DNA of 64,000 nucleotides. Source: Lytechinus pictus (taxonomy: Eukaryota). Positions 1 through 11,868 of the stretch are shown piece by piece. A program made the translations under genes and the position numbers. Under the pieces are notes generated by a model, which did no database searches, had not been told where the DNA came from, and saw only the letters and a program-made list of their open reading frames with translations. The DNA lies in the NCBI RefSeq assembly GCF_037042905.1, contig NC_087245.1, forward strand, positions 15,564,001 to 15,628,000, written 5' to 3'. Position 1 is the stretch's first letter, and every line of letters starts with the position of its first letter.

Positions 1-2579
1 TAATTAGTAAATTAATCATAAGAATTGCGCATTCAAAGAATTTAGACACAGTTATAAAATTACAGAGGAGCTGAATCAAGGTTGTGAAATTTATTAGCAC
101 CACCAACGGTCTTCCTTGTATTTCCGTAGAAGAGACAAACGAGGTCACTTGCTAGGCCGAGGTAAGCGAAATTTGCTTTTTTTGTAATGAAATTATTTCC
201 AAATCATATGTATAATTTTTTTATGTATTGCTAATGCTACTTACCGGAAAGAGCCCCGGTGCGTAGCGAGAAGGAGTTTCGGCAAATATTACTTCAGCAA
301 TGAAGCGATGTTTGCCGACTACTTCGAAATCCAGGGTCAAACACGGTCCCTTGTACGAGGTTAGTATATATACTAACCTCGTATTAGTCACTTGTTCACT
401 GCAACCACCCTGCCTGTGGGGAATCTACAGGTTGGACTATGGCATGCCAATGCTGTACTGAGCACACACTTTGAAAAATGATTAAAATATCACTTTTGTG
501 ACCAAAATTACTAATTTCCATACAGTTGCAATTTATTTTTCATTAGTAACTTGGGAATAATTTTTGTATTCATTAGAGCGCTAAAAAACTTGAATTTTGG
601 GCATATTTTTGTGTACGCCCTCTATTGGTGGAAAATAATATGGCAAGAAAATTTTCATTTTTTTATCTCTATTTTTAATTAAGAAAAAAATAATTTAAAG
701 AATCAAATTTATTTAAGGGCCAAGTTGTATGACGAATAGGTGTAATGGAAACTGTCAGTGTAAAAAAATCAAGCATTTTGTCCCAAAGAAAAAGAGAAAA
801 TAAGCCAAACATTGCCATCCTTATTTTGCCACACATATAACTGTTCATTGAATGAGTGGTATTATTAGTGAGTGGTCTGGTCCAGCCTCCAGGGGATTTA
901 CTTGGTTGCAGTTTTATACACAGAAGTCAGAAGATTGAATATATCATTATTTGGAGGATATCTCTATGTCATTAAAATTAAATTACAGCAGAAAATGACA
1001 GAAACGTATTGAAATAAATATCAACCTAAATGCACTCTCGTCATTTTCCATTCGTCAATGTCAATGACATTTTGACAACATCGTCGGTCAAGACACGAGT
1101 TGCATTGTAGAACAGCAGATTCGCAGGCCGACAGCTTAGCGTTCGCGGTGATGTGGCTGGCCGATATCTCGCCGCTCGGAACAAAATTCCGATTGAGAAT
1201 CGTATAATAATGCATTCTTAAAGAACTAAAGACGACATAGATGATATTTCATATGTCATAAATGACATGAAATAATAAATTTCTCATACCTGTGCTTCCA
1301 ATACGTGCATGCCACATCACAGGAAATCACTTCCGATTCAAAACAATAACAAGATATTCGGCTCCAACTTTGAACTTTTAATTTTACACGTGTACCGGAA
1401 CTTTTGTGTGTCTTTGGATAAGAGGGCGTGGTCGACTGGCAGAGCGGGGTCAATTTCGTACCTCTAGCTCTCCGATCGATCCGGAGCTCTGGGGGGTCAT
1501 CAAAGTTGTCAGCACTGACTAAATTGTCAGTGCTGACAATTTCAGTGAAATCCTTGGTTTTTATTGGCTGTGAGCACTTTCCTCTGACTGTTACTATGGT
1601 AACTGTCGGAGGAAGGCAACTTGTCAGTGCTGACAACTTTCATGAAATGCTCTGCCATATCTGAAATCTGCAAAGGTGCATCGTCTTATATATGAGTAAA
1701 CAAGATTACCAATTAGTTATTTGAAGAAAAAAACCCGGAAAAGAAACATTGCAAACATTCACTACATTTCAATTGGGGATAAGGTGAAATCAGACAAATA
1801 AAACGTTGAAAATTTCATCAAAATTGCAAGGAAAAAGCAAGTTACAACGTCTTCAGTGAAGTTTTGCATTATTTTGGTGAAACAGTTCTATGCACAGGCT
1901 CGTGAATATGCAATAAGCAAGCTGTTAATATAATATCACCATAAATTCTTTTGTACTTTATCAGGTTAAATTGTATGCAAGATCCCGGAGGGATATTACT
2001 TCTGCAACTTCTTTTTTTTATCAGGTGAGACATATCTGAAAAATTATCAAACATTAAAAAACTTGTGTAATAACATAAGAAAAGGTATTAAAATTTGCTC
2101 AGTCTGATAAGGTTTTTTTCAACATACCACTGACTAATATAGTTTTAACCACTGGCGTAAATCCCGGGGGGGATGGGGGGATATATCCCCCCCCCCACTT
2201 TTCGAGGAGGGGGGGGGGATGGCCTGTACAAACATCCCCCCACTTTTTACGAAAGAAATGAAAATAAATCACAAGAGATAATTGTTTTATTGGTGAAAAT
2301 TCTTCCAAAAATACCGCTTAACAAATAAAATAATATTATTGAATCATAAAATGCAAATAAAGAGCCAGTTCACCATTTCCAAACGAAATACTTATGTCCT
2401 TATTATAACATTGAAGAGAAACCCCCGTTTCTTCCAATTCATCATTGTTGGGGTCTTTGGGAAGGGATTAAGATGGAATGTCCAAAATTTGTTGAATGTA
2501 ATCTCTAATAAAACCATTAAACCATCATGGGGTAAAAAAGATAATAATATTGGAGGGGTATTTGCCATATATGGACATA

Positions 2580-4090
2580 CAGTGGCGTAACTACGGGGGA
2601 CATGGGGGGCACATCCCCCCCCCCCCATCGGCTGACCAAAAAAAAAAAAAACGGGGAAAGGGGGAAATGGAGAAAAGAGGGAGAAAGGAAGAGAAATGTA
2701 GTGGGAAAGAAGAAAATATTATTCATTAGAATGTTATATTAAAGCAATATTGACTGGCCTCGGGGCGATACGACATATATCGCCCAAACTAGATTTATAT
2801 CGCCCGAGTCGTAGACGAGGGTGATATCAATTTAGTGAGGGCGATATATATCTTTTCGCCCCCAGGCCAGTCAATATTGCTATTATTAACCAAATCAGAC
2901 ATCTAGAGCAAAAATCTTTAAAATTTAGATATTTCAAATTTTTAGAATGAGAATCTAGTTTATCATGTTGAGCAGACTGGGCCTCTGAACTTTACCATTG
3001 TGACGTAATTGAAATGACGCGTCACTGGCCTAGGGACGCAGTATCCAGCGTTGTCTGAACTTGATTACCATTATGACGTAAGCACTGCGCGGTTCAAGGA
3101 CGCGTGCAAAAACGCGTAGAATACCCGGATATTAGCGCTGCCTTTTATTGCCCGCTACATTTCCACGCATTTTCTCATTGACTTTCCTGAGCGGGCAATA
3201 AATTGGGCCCGTGGATAAACAATTGGAATTTTATTGACCGGCCATTTGATCCCAGTCTTAAGCAGGCAACAATGTTTCAAAGTTGCCCTGCTCAGATGTC
3301 TGATACGGTTAATAATATATTATAACTATGTTAAGTTACATTACATAAGAAACATTTTTATCATAACTTTATGAAACATAATTTGCCCAGGGCCTACGTC
3401 TTCATTGTTCCTGGTGCTCGCATTGTCTGTTTAACGAGATATATAATCCTGTTGTACTAAAACGTCCCGTTTTCAAGTCAATATAAACCAAATATATTTC
3501 CTAGCACTTGAGTTATCATTGTTTTAAGTAGTGACATATGCTTCTTTTTCATGACTCACAAAAGTGATTGCCCCATGTAAAGGTCTTCGTATATATGAAA
3601 CATTTCCTGTCCGTGATTACGTTCGCATCAGTGGATTGGTGAGATATGTCTGCTCTTCATGAATTCCTAAAATCAGTCCTTAAAATGTCCCTTCTTCTGA
3701 TCTGAATATCAAAAATTTTCAGCTCGCGCTTCGCGCTCGCATCATTTGGTTAATGAAATACATATGGTCCTAGTTAATTCCTACAAAGAAACCTTAGAAT
3801 GCCCCACTTCAGGTCTGAATTATCTAAGTTTTCAGCTCGCGTTTCGCGCTCGCATTGTTAAGCGAGACAGGTACCTATCATGATTACACAAATTTGATTA
3901 TAATGTCCCTTTTTAGGTGTGAATATAAACAAAATTCAGCTCGCGCTTCGCGCTCGCATTATTTGATCAGTGAGATACATATCCGTTTAATGACATTGTC
4001 CTTAAAATGTCTCTATTAGGTCACTCACTCAGTCATTCAACAAATTTGCTGGTGCCCCCCCCCCAATGCCGTGACCCACGGTCGCCACTG
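2580..4090. mobile_element. Non-autonomous hAT-type element nested in the 2150-4197 element
   Basis: Termini CAGTGGCG / CGCCACTG; perfect 8-bp TSD TGGACATA (2572-2579 and 4091-4098); internal CTCGCGCTTCGCGCTCGCA repeats. Confidence 0.85.
2741..3315. mobile_element. Hairpin-headed non-autonomous element, possibly Crypton-like
   Basis: About 139-bp hairpin at 2743-2881 centred on CGAGTCGTAGACGAG, followed by a second inverted pair (2883-2904 and 3294-3315). It sits in a TA-rich site with no clear TSD. The family assignment is inference. Confidence 0.5.
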
Positions 4091-6011
4091 TGGACATATC
4101 AATGACAATTCCTTGCATTTCTAAAAACATGATTGCAAAAAAATGCCAAAATATTTCAGTCATCCCCCCCACCCATCAACACGGATTTACGCCAGTGGTT
4201 TTAACTCATAATCAATCATGGATTTTTATTTTTTAAATAACTGAATCCTTTGACATACCCCCAATCATGATCTCCTGCAATTCTTTATCTCTAATAAGGC
4301 TTCTGCTTTTTATTTGTGATTGTAAACTTTGTAAATTATTTGAAATATTGTTTAACTATACAATGTGCTTACCAGACTACCTAATGGCTTTAAGCTTATA
4401 TACATGCCTGTATTCCATAATACTAATTGATGAAATGAAATATGCAAGGATTGGCATATAAAATGTAAATTTGAAAATAATACAAATCTACATTGCTCAT
4501 TTGCTGTAACTTTGTCAATTTATGTATTTTTATTTTAACTCGGTGAATTCTACCATCCGTACTTTCCATTGCTTCCTGCTTTAATTGCCGTTTTTTGTTC
4601 TCTCTGTGCAATATATCTTACTTATAGCTTATAAGCCTGATTTCACTGGGTTTTAGGAAATATAAGTGTAATTAGTGTCCTTAATTTTTTGTATATTATA
4701 TTGTGTATGCTATATAAATTTTTCATATATTTTAATGGCTAAGGTATTATGTTGTTGTTTCTCTTTTTTTGGTAGGATTTCGATCTGGGTGTTGAATGCA
4801 TGATCTATATAATTACATCCGTCTCATTAGTTTAATTATCAATAATTGCCATATAAGTTAATGTTGAGTATATACTGGGTCATTTTGCGGTGCACTTGAT
4901 TTAATGTTTTATTGTAAATTTCTCTGAGTATATCCATTGGGCCTGATATACTCCATTTTGATTTACTTCTCCTTTTCTTGTTCTTTCTAAAGTGCACTGC
5001 GTGCGGGAATGACATATTTATACTCTTTATTGTTTAATTTCTTGTGATTCTTCTGATTTTTAATTCATGTTCATTTCAGTTTGTACTGCTAGACATGCTG
5101 TTTTCAATAAAATTCATTTATCTAAATCTATCTATGACATCACCAACCAATATATTGAATATTCATGATGGTGTGTATATAATTGTTTTCAAAAATATTG
5201 CTAAAAGGAACCTACAGACTTTACAAACTCTGCTTTTTATGCAGGTTCCTTCATATTTCACTCATTTATTGTCATTATTGGCTATACTGAATAATTCTGC
5301 CACAATGTATTTTGTTATTATGATTAAATGTATTGTCTTGTGTTGATATTTTGTTATTTACCTCGTGAAATGTGAGAATAAATTCAATCAATCAACTATA
5401 TAAAATTTACAATTACAGAACTGTTCTTAATCAGATTTTGATGAAATTTTCAGTGTTTTGCTTGGTGAATTTTACTTTATTTATTTTGATATAGTTATAA
5501 AAGATATACAAAGGCAGATCCAGGACCCCCCCCCCCCCCATTGGCAGAGCAAAATAAAAGGAAAGAAAGAAGAAAAAAAAGGAAAAAGAAAGAAGAGAAA
5601 AGGAAAGGGAAAATAAGAGAAGGAAGACGAGTGAATAACATAAGATGAGGGGAAGACTTGGAAAAAAAATTAATTCAGAATCTGGAAAGCAGAATTTTTT
5701 TTTTGTACAAACCTAGTGTATGGAATCACAACGCTTCTAACACATGACGTCACATTCTTTAGACCAGTGAAATGCACTGGGAAGCCTTTTGTCTAAATCT
5801 CCCGTGAAACCCATTAATTTTAGTTTTTCTTTAGCAGAATACTCAGCTGTCAAGCGTAAATATGCATAAAACTTACAATGTTGTACTAAGTAGCTTACAT
5901 ATTTCCCATTTGTCAATTTGACTTTTAGCTTAATTCTGTGTTTTTAATGAAATAATGTAGATAACAAATTCAGGTTATTTTTTTTCATTTCAATCAAATT
6001 GAATTTTTTTA

Positions 6012-6597
6012 AGGTCAAGTCTACCAAAGAAAATTGTTGAATTGAATTAATCAAACTTACAAACGGCTGAAAATTTCATCAAAATCGGATGTAAAATAAG
6101 AAAGTTGTGCCTTTGTAAAGTTTCGCTTATTTTTTTTTTTACAAAACAGTGATATGCACAATTTAGTGACATGCAGATGAGAGTCAACGATATCCTTCAT
6201 TCACCATTTCTTTTGTTTGAATTATACAATATTTCATTTTTTTTCTTTTGACATATTTGACAATAAGGACCAACTTGAATGTACCATATAGTATTAGTCA
6301 ATGATAATTCCACATGTTCAATGAGGAATTAACTGGTCTCTCACATGACAATGAAGAGAAAATGAGAGTACTTCATATAATACAATACTGTAAAAGAAAT
6401 AGTGAGTGAATGTCATCAGTCTCCTCATTTGCATACCGACCAGGATGTACATATAACTGTTTTGTGTAATTAAGCAAAACTTTAAAATGCCATATATTTC
6501 TTATTTTACATCCGGTTTTGATGATTTCAGCGTTATGCTTGCTGGATTTTTCTCTATTTATTCATATCAACTTTTTTGGTATTGATGGACTTGTCCT
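6012..6597. mobile_element. Kolobok/T2-type MITE (TTAA target, AGG..CCT ends)
   Basis: Long imperfect TIRs; homologous to the copies at 10081-10898 and 21321-21899; flanked by TTAA. Confidence 0.75.
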
Positions 6598-7030
6598 TTA
6601 ACCCTATCTAGGCCGGGGTATTTTGGGAGTTCATATGGCCGGTACCGCGCGATCGCGCCAAAAATTGGCACGCAGGTTGTCTGGGACATCTACAAAATGG
6701 TATATTAATTTATTTCATGCAAATTGCTATCGAGTGATTATGCTAATTTATGCGTAATTAGTATGTGAAATCATACTTTTCCCTCTAACTCCCTAAATAA
6801 AGCTCCAAATGTTCTATTTTTTGGCATAAAAACTCTTTGTGGTGTTCTTAGCAAGTGTACATGAAAAAAAAATTGCGATATCAGATCAACTTCTTATGTA
6901 TTATATTGTTTTTTGCAATTTCTTATGTATTTCTTGTTTTTGGAGTTTGGACCTTTTTTTCCCCTGTTTTTTCAATGAAATTTGTTGGGGACTCTTCTGA
7001 GATCATAAACAGCATAAAGTAAATACATTT

Positions 7031-8837
7031 TATTTATTTATTTATTTATTTTGTTTTATTTATTTTATACTGCAGGGTAGGCCTGTTCAGTTCTTAAAAC
7101 TGCTTTACAAAGGCGCCCTGCAGTTTAAAATACATGTCAAGATAACTATGAACAACAACAACAAACAACATCAAAAATACAAAATACAAAATATCTAACA
7201 TCAGAAACAATTAACACCAAAATATAGAGTGGGAAGTGACAATTTAAACATACATAGCATTGTAAATCAAAGGAATATCATTTCGCTCTTTATCAATTCG
7301 TATGAAAGGCTTTGCATAATTTTTTAAAAACTAACAAGGAGGTACAAACTTGTAAATTTGAAGGAAGTGCATTAAATAATTTGGGTCCGACATATGCGAA
7401 AGATTTTCTTTTATGTTCAATTCTAGCTTTGGGAAGCTGAAGGGGGCATCGTAAAGAATACCGTGTCCTGTATTTCACGGGCCGTTTACATACTAAAGGT
7501 TTTAAATAATTTGGAACTAAATCATTCATTATTTTATATACAAGAACACAATACTGATATTTTATACGCTGATCTACTGATTGCCACTTCAGTGACTGCA
7601 ACAAAGAAATTTGTGATGTATTATAATCTTTTTTCAAAAGCATTCTGGCATATTTATTTTGAAGTTTTTGTATCTTATCTAAATGTATTTTTGCACAGCT
7701 TCCCCAAGATGTAATACAGTAATCAATGTAAGGTAAAACCATAGAAAAGTACAGCTTCTTCATAATATCAAAGGACAGGAAGTGCTTAATCCGCCTTACA
7801 CAACCTATTGCCCGAGATATTTTACAAACGATATTAGTAATATGTTCGCACCAAGTCAAGCCCGGATCGAGCATGACACCTAAGTATTTAATCTTTTTTA
7901 CATTTTCTAATTGTATGTTCCTGAATTTCACTGACAAATGAGCACCCCTCAACTTTTTCTTTTGACCAAATACCATGGCTTTTGTTTTTTGCGGGTGTAA
8001 ATGCATATTATTTAAGTCTAGCCATTTACTTATTGAATCAAAATCATCTTGCAAATACTTTTGTACCTCCTTAATTGATTCACCGTGATTAAAAATGGCG
8101 GTATCATCAGCATAAAGAGACATTTTAGAATGTACATGCAATTTCAAATTACACATGTCATTAATAAAAATACAAAATATCAATGGACCCAGTATAGATC
8201 CTTGTGGGACACCTGATTTTATCTTCAAAAATTCACTGCGACAATTGTTAATCATTACAAATTGCCTTCTGTCTGTTAAATACGATTCCATCCAGTTGTA
8301 TTCATTGCCAGTAATACCATAGTACTTAAGTTTTGCAAGTATAAAATTGTGAGGAATAACATCAAAAGCTTTGCGTAAGTCCAAGAAAATACCACCAGTA
8401 ACATGTTTTCGGTCCATTTTATCATACAAAAAGTCTGTAATCTCAGTTAGACAAGTGGCAGTAGAATAAGACGGTCTGAAGCCAGACTGACAATTTGCAA
8501 GTAGATCATTTACATTTAAGTACTTATACAATTGATCATGTATTGCTCTCTCTAGTATTTTGGACAGGACTGGAAGCACAGAAATTGGTCTATAATTGTC
8601 AATATCAAATGATCCTCCCTTATGTACAGGAGTAATTCTTGCTGTTTTAAAATCTTCTGGAATAACACTAGTTTGTAAAGTTGCATTAAATAAATGGGTT
8701 AAAGGGCCAGCTATACTCTCTGCTGCCAGCTTAAGAAACTTAGGGTGAATGCCATCTACTCCGACCGCTTTCGAACAATCAATATGTAATAGTTCTTTCA
8801 AAACATACTCCTTTTTTATTGCATAAAATTTAAATTT
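7031..8837 (-). mobile_element. 5'-truncated L2/CR1-group non-LTR retrotransposon
   Basis: RT ORF plus an approximately 260-bp 3' UTR ending in a CAGGG..CCCTG stem-loop and an (AAAT)n tail. No endonuclease domain (5' truncated). Confidence 0.88.
7293..8837 (-). CDS. LINE ORF2 fragment, reverse transcriptase domain (uninterrupted for more than 500 codons)
   Basis: Motifs NYRPISVLPVLSKILE, QSGFR, FLDLRKAFD, GVPQGSILGP, YADD, KYLGV. The frame stays open upstream of 8801 to the truncation point, so the listed start is not a real initiator. Confidence 0.9.
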   Translation of the reverse strand, partial: KFKFYAIKKEYVLKELLHIDCSKAVGVDGIHPKFLKLAAESIAGPLTHLFNATLQTSVIPEDFKTARITPVHKGGSFDIDNYRPISVLPVLSKILERAIHDQLYKYLNVNDLLANCQSGFRPSYSTATCLTEITDFLYDKMDRKHVTGGIFLDLRKAFDVIPHNFILAKLKYYGITGNEYNWMESYLTDRRQFVMINNCRSEFLKIKSGVPQGSILGPLIFCIFINDMCNLKLHVHSKMSLYADDTAIFNHGESIKEVQKYLQDDFDSISKWLDLNNMHLHPQKTKAMVFGQKKKLRGAHLSVKFRNIQLENVKKIKYLGVMLDPGLTWCEHITNIVCKISRAIGCVRRIKHFLSFDIMKKLYFSMVLPYIDYCITSWGSCAKIHLDKIQKLQNKYARMLLKKDYNTSQISLLQSLKWQSVDQRIKYQYCVLVYKIMNDLVPNYLKPLVCKRPVKYRTRYSLRCPLQLPKARIEHKRKSFAYVGPKLFNALPSNLQVCTSLLVFKKLCKAFHTN

Positions 8838-10080
8838 AGACCAGTAAAACTAAAAAAATCATACATTTATGATTTTTGGTTGAAATAACAATTTGCATTG
8901 ACTTTGTACACGAAATCACGTTTTTGAACAATTTTTGGTCTGACATGCACGTACATAATGTTGCAGAATTTCGAAACCGCGTACCCGTGTGTCGCAAAAC
9001 TGGTCTCAAAAGTTGCGTAAGACTTGAAAGTAAAAAGTCAGCGAGCGGCACAGTAAAAAAATATTGCGCGAATCGTCAAAGCCCCCCCCCCCCCGGATAG
9101 GGTTAATATAAATGTAAAATTAAAAGTATACAAACAGCAACCTTTCTTGAGAAGAAAAAAAATAATCATTAAAAACGAATAAGCATGAGAAAGTGTTTGA
9201 GTAAAAGTATCTTTTTAATACATTTCACATGTATTCACATTCAAAGTTTCATACATGTACATGTAGCACCAATTATCATAATTCTGATGCAATAAAATAA
9301 TAAAAACAATATGAACTGTTAAAATATCTCATGCAACTAATGCTCATTCATATCTGGCAAAACAAAGTTAAGGAACATTTTGCGTGCAAAGTCAAAGAAG
9401 AATGAATCAACAACAAAAAATGTTGCAGACGATTCTTTTACATTCTTGCTGCAAAGACTGTTGACTAAATAAGTTGTCCAAAGCAGCGTTGACAAATATC
9501 AGAAACGTAACCCATGATATCACTGAAATCATTATGTCATTTTTTAACAATCTTTTAAAGAGCTGAAGTGCACATGATAAATTGTAAAACTGTGATGCTA
9601 CATGGAAGCCTAGTGGATACAAATAATATTACACTGTCTTTGTTGAAAACTTATAAATATAAATTTGATCAAGCAGCGTGATTTTACTTGCCATTTCTGA
9701 GCACTTCATATGTTGCTGAGTTTGCCAGAGGATATCTGAATGAGCCTTACATGTATATTGATAACATACATGTGCAGGTAAAGGGGAGAGGGTTGTTTCA
9801 CAAAGATTTTAAGAGTAAAAATACAGACAGGAATAAACATCTTTTTCTGGGGATTTCTATAACATTTTGTTACATTTTACTACCATCCCTAGAAACAACT
9901 TAAATTCCTTTTAAATTGGATCTGCACTATACTTGCACAAACTTGTTATCATGCGGAAATATAAAACCCTGAATTATAGTAAATTAGTGCATTGTAAAGT
10001 TAGTATTCTATTCCATGCCCTTGTAGGTGGATATATCCATACAGCCTCCATAGAGGATAAAGTATGAACTGATAGTTCTA

Positions 10081-10898
10081 GGTCAAGTCAACCCCACAAA
10101 AATGTTGATTTGAATTAATAGAGAAAAACAAACAAATGATAAAGTTATGACATTTTAAAAGTTTCGCTTATTTTTCACAAAACAGTTACATGTATATGCA
10201 CAACTCGGTGATATGCAAATGAGAGAGTCGATGATGTCCCTCACTCACTATATTTGTTTCTTATTGCTTGAATTATACAAATAAAACAATATTTCAATTT
10301 TTACTGATGTGACAATAAGGACCAACTTGACTGAACATAACAATTTTATAACAATGGTAATCCTACACGTTCAGGGAAGAACAAAACAAAGAAATAGTGA
10401 GTGGATGATGTCATCATCCACCTTATTTGCATAATGAACAGGATGTGCATATAACTGTTTTGTGAGATTAAACAAAACTTCAGAATATCATAACTTTCTT
10501 ATTTTACATCTGATTCTGATGGAATTTTAGCGTTATAATAATAATAATAATATGTTCCATTTATGTAGCGCAGCTAGTCTAATTGCAGATATACTCTACT
10601 GTGCTTGATTCTTGGTATCATATATTACCCCGGCTGTAGCTGAGCCACCGTATAGGCGCTAAAAGCATTCAAGAAATGAATCCTTCCGGGTACCCATTCA
10701 CCTCACCTGGGTCGAGTGCTGCACAATGTGGGGAAAATCAAAATTTCTTGCTGAAGGAAAACATGCCGTGACTGGGATTTGAACCCACGTCCCTCTGATT
10801 GAAAGACGAGAGTCGTAACTTCTAGACTAAGACTTGTTATGCTTGTTGGATTTTTCTCTCTTTATTCAAATCAACCTTTGTTGGGGTGAACTTGTCCT
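10081..10898. mobile_element. Kolobok/T2-type MITE interrupted by a SINE
   Basis: Homologous to the 21321-21899 copy. The left part ends ...TAGCGTTAT (about 10536) and the element resumes GTTATGCTTGTTGG (about 10836). Confidence 0.75.
10537..10835 (-). mobile_element. tRNA-derived SINE (CORE-like central domain, (ATT)n tail)
   Basis: Minus strand shows a B-box-like GGTTCAAATCC, a central TCCTTCAGCAAG...ACCCAGGTGAGGTGAATGGGTACC segment and a TATTATTATT tail. A short GTTAT duplication lies at the junctions. Confidence 0.75.
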
Positions 10899-11868
10899 TT
10901 CTGTTCATATCAACAAAATCTGTAGAGTACTTAACACAACGATCAAAGCCGAAGATTGCTAATGGGTAAAAATCCCTAACACTTTGTCGTTTAAAATTAT
11001 ATAAGAAAGTTATTAAAAAGAAAATGGGTTTTCCATAAGCCAATAAAAAGAGGTAAATGACAGCATGGACCATGATGACAGCAATCAGTTTAACTGCATT
11101 CAATATTCGTATGGGGATGGTTTGCACACTTACACAATAGCAAAGTTAAAAAGTAAAAGTTTTGACAAATAGGTGAAATTGAATGAGTGTAAATAAAAGG
11201 CACATTTCTTTAACGTACAGCAATTAAACATATATATACATACATTTCCTTTGAATGAGGACAAGATAATAAATGTATGAACATGTACTTAACATATTTA
11301 CATGATATGCATTGTACTGACTTCACTGTACAAGGCTATTTTGATCATCTCACTTATTGGGGAGGGGGGGGGGGGGAGAGGGGAGAGAGGGATGGGGCTT
11401 GTTGCAGCAGAAATCAGAATTGACATTGCTTGCAACGTTCTCAGAACTACACACTCGTATCGTCTTTTGGTTATAAATAACACAATGTTAAACTGATTCT
11501 TTCTTCAGTATGTTCTGCTTCCTAATTTTCACAGCTACATGTAGGTGGATTTAATTAAATCCATGGTCTGAAAACATGGATTGTGCTGATTAAAATTTTA
11601 TGCATTAATTACACTTAACTGCAATGATTGACTCAATAGATTATTTAAAAAAAGTCAGTATGATTGCCATGGGTTTACTCAGCTTTCCTATAATTACTTG
11701 ACCTATGAAAAGATGGACTGGTTGTTGTTTCAGAGTGATGAGTGGCCCAGCAGTGTCTGTATGTTTTCATTATTTGGTGAAATGAACCATTTCTTGTTCA
11801 AGTAGATACGTGATCCAGCAGTGTCTGTTTATAAAGAAGGGGCCATTTCCATGTCCTAAGCAGTTGGC

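Larger units (their letters stand above)
2150..4197. mobile_element. Non-autonomous hAT-type element (outer layer of a nest)
   Basis: TIRs CACTGGCGTAAATCC / GGATTTACGCCAGTG; perfect 8-bp TSD GTTTTAAC (2142-2149 and 4198-4205). Confidence 0.85.
6602..9102. mobile_element. piggyBac-type MITE interrupted by a LINE
   Basis: TTAA|CCCTATC ... GATAGGG|TTAA termini. The internal sequence is split at ...AAATACATTT / ATTTAGACCAG by the LINE insertion. Confidence 0.8.

Noticed and set aside
1021..1664. Short ORFs at 1021, 1256 and 1428
   Set aside because: No recognisable domain, and the latter two overlap a small palindromic MITE at about 1491-1652.
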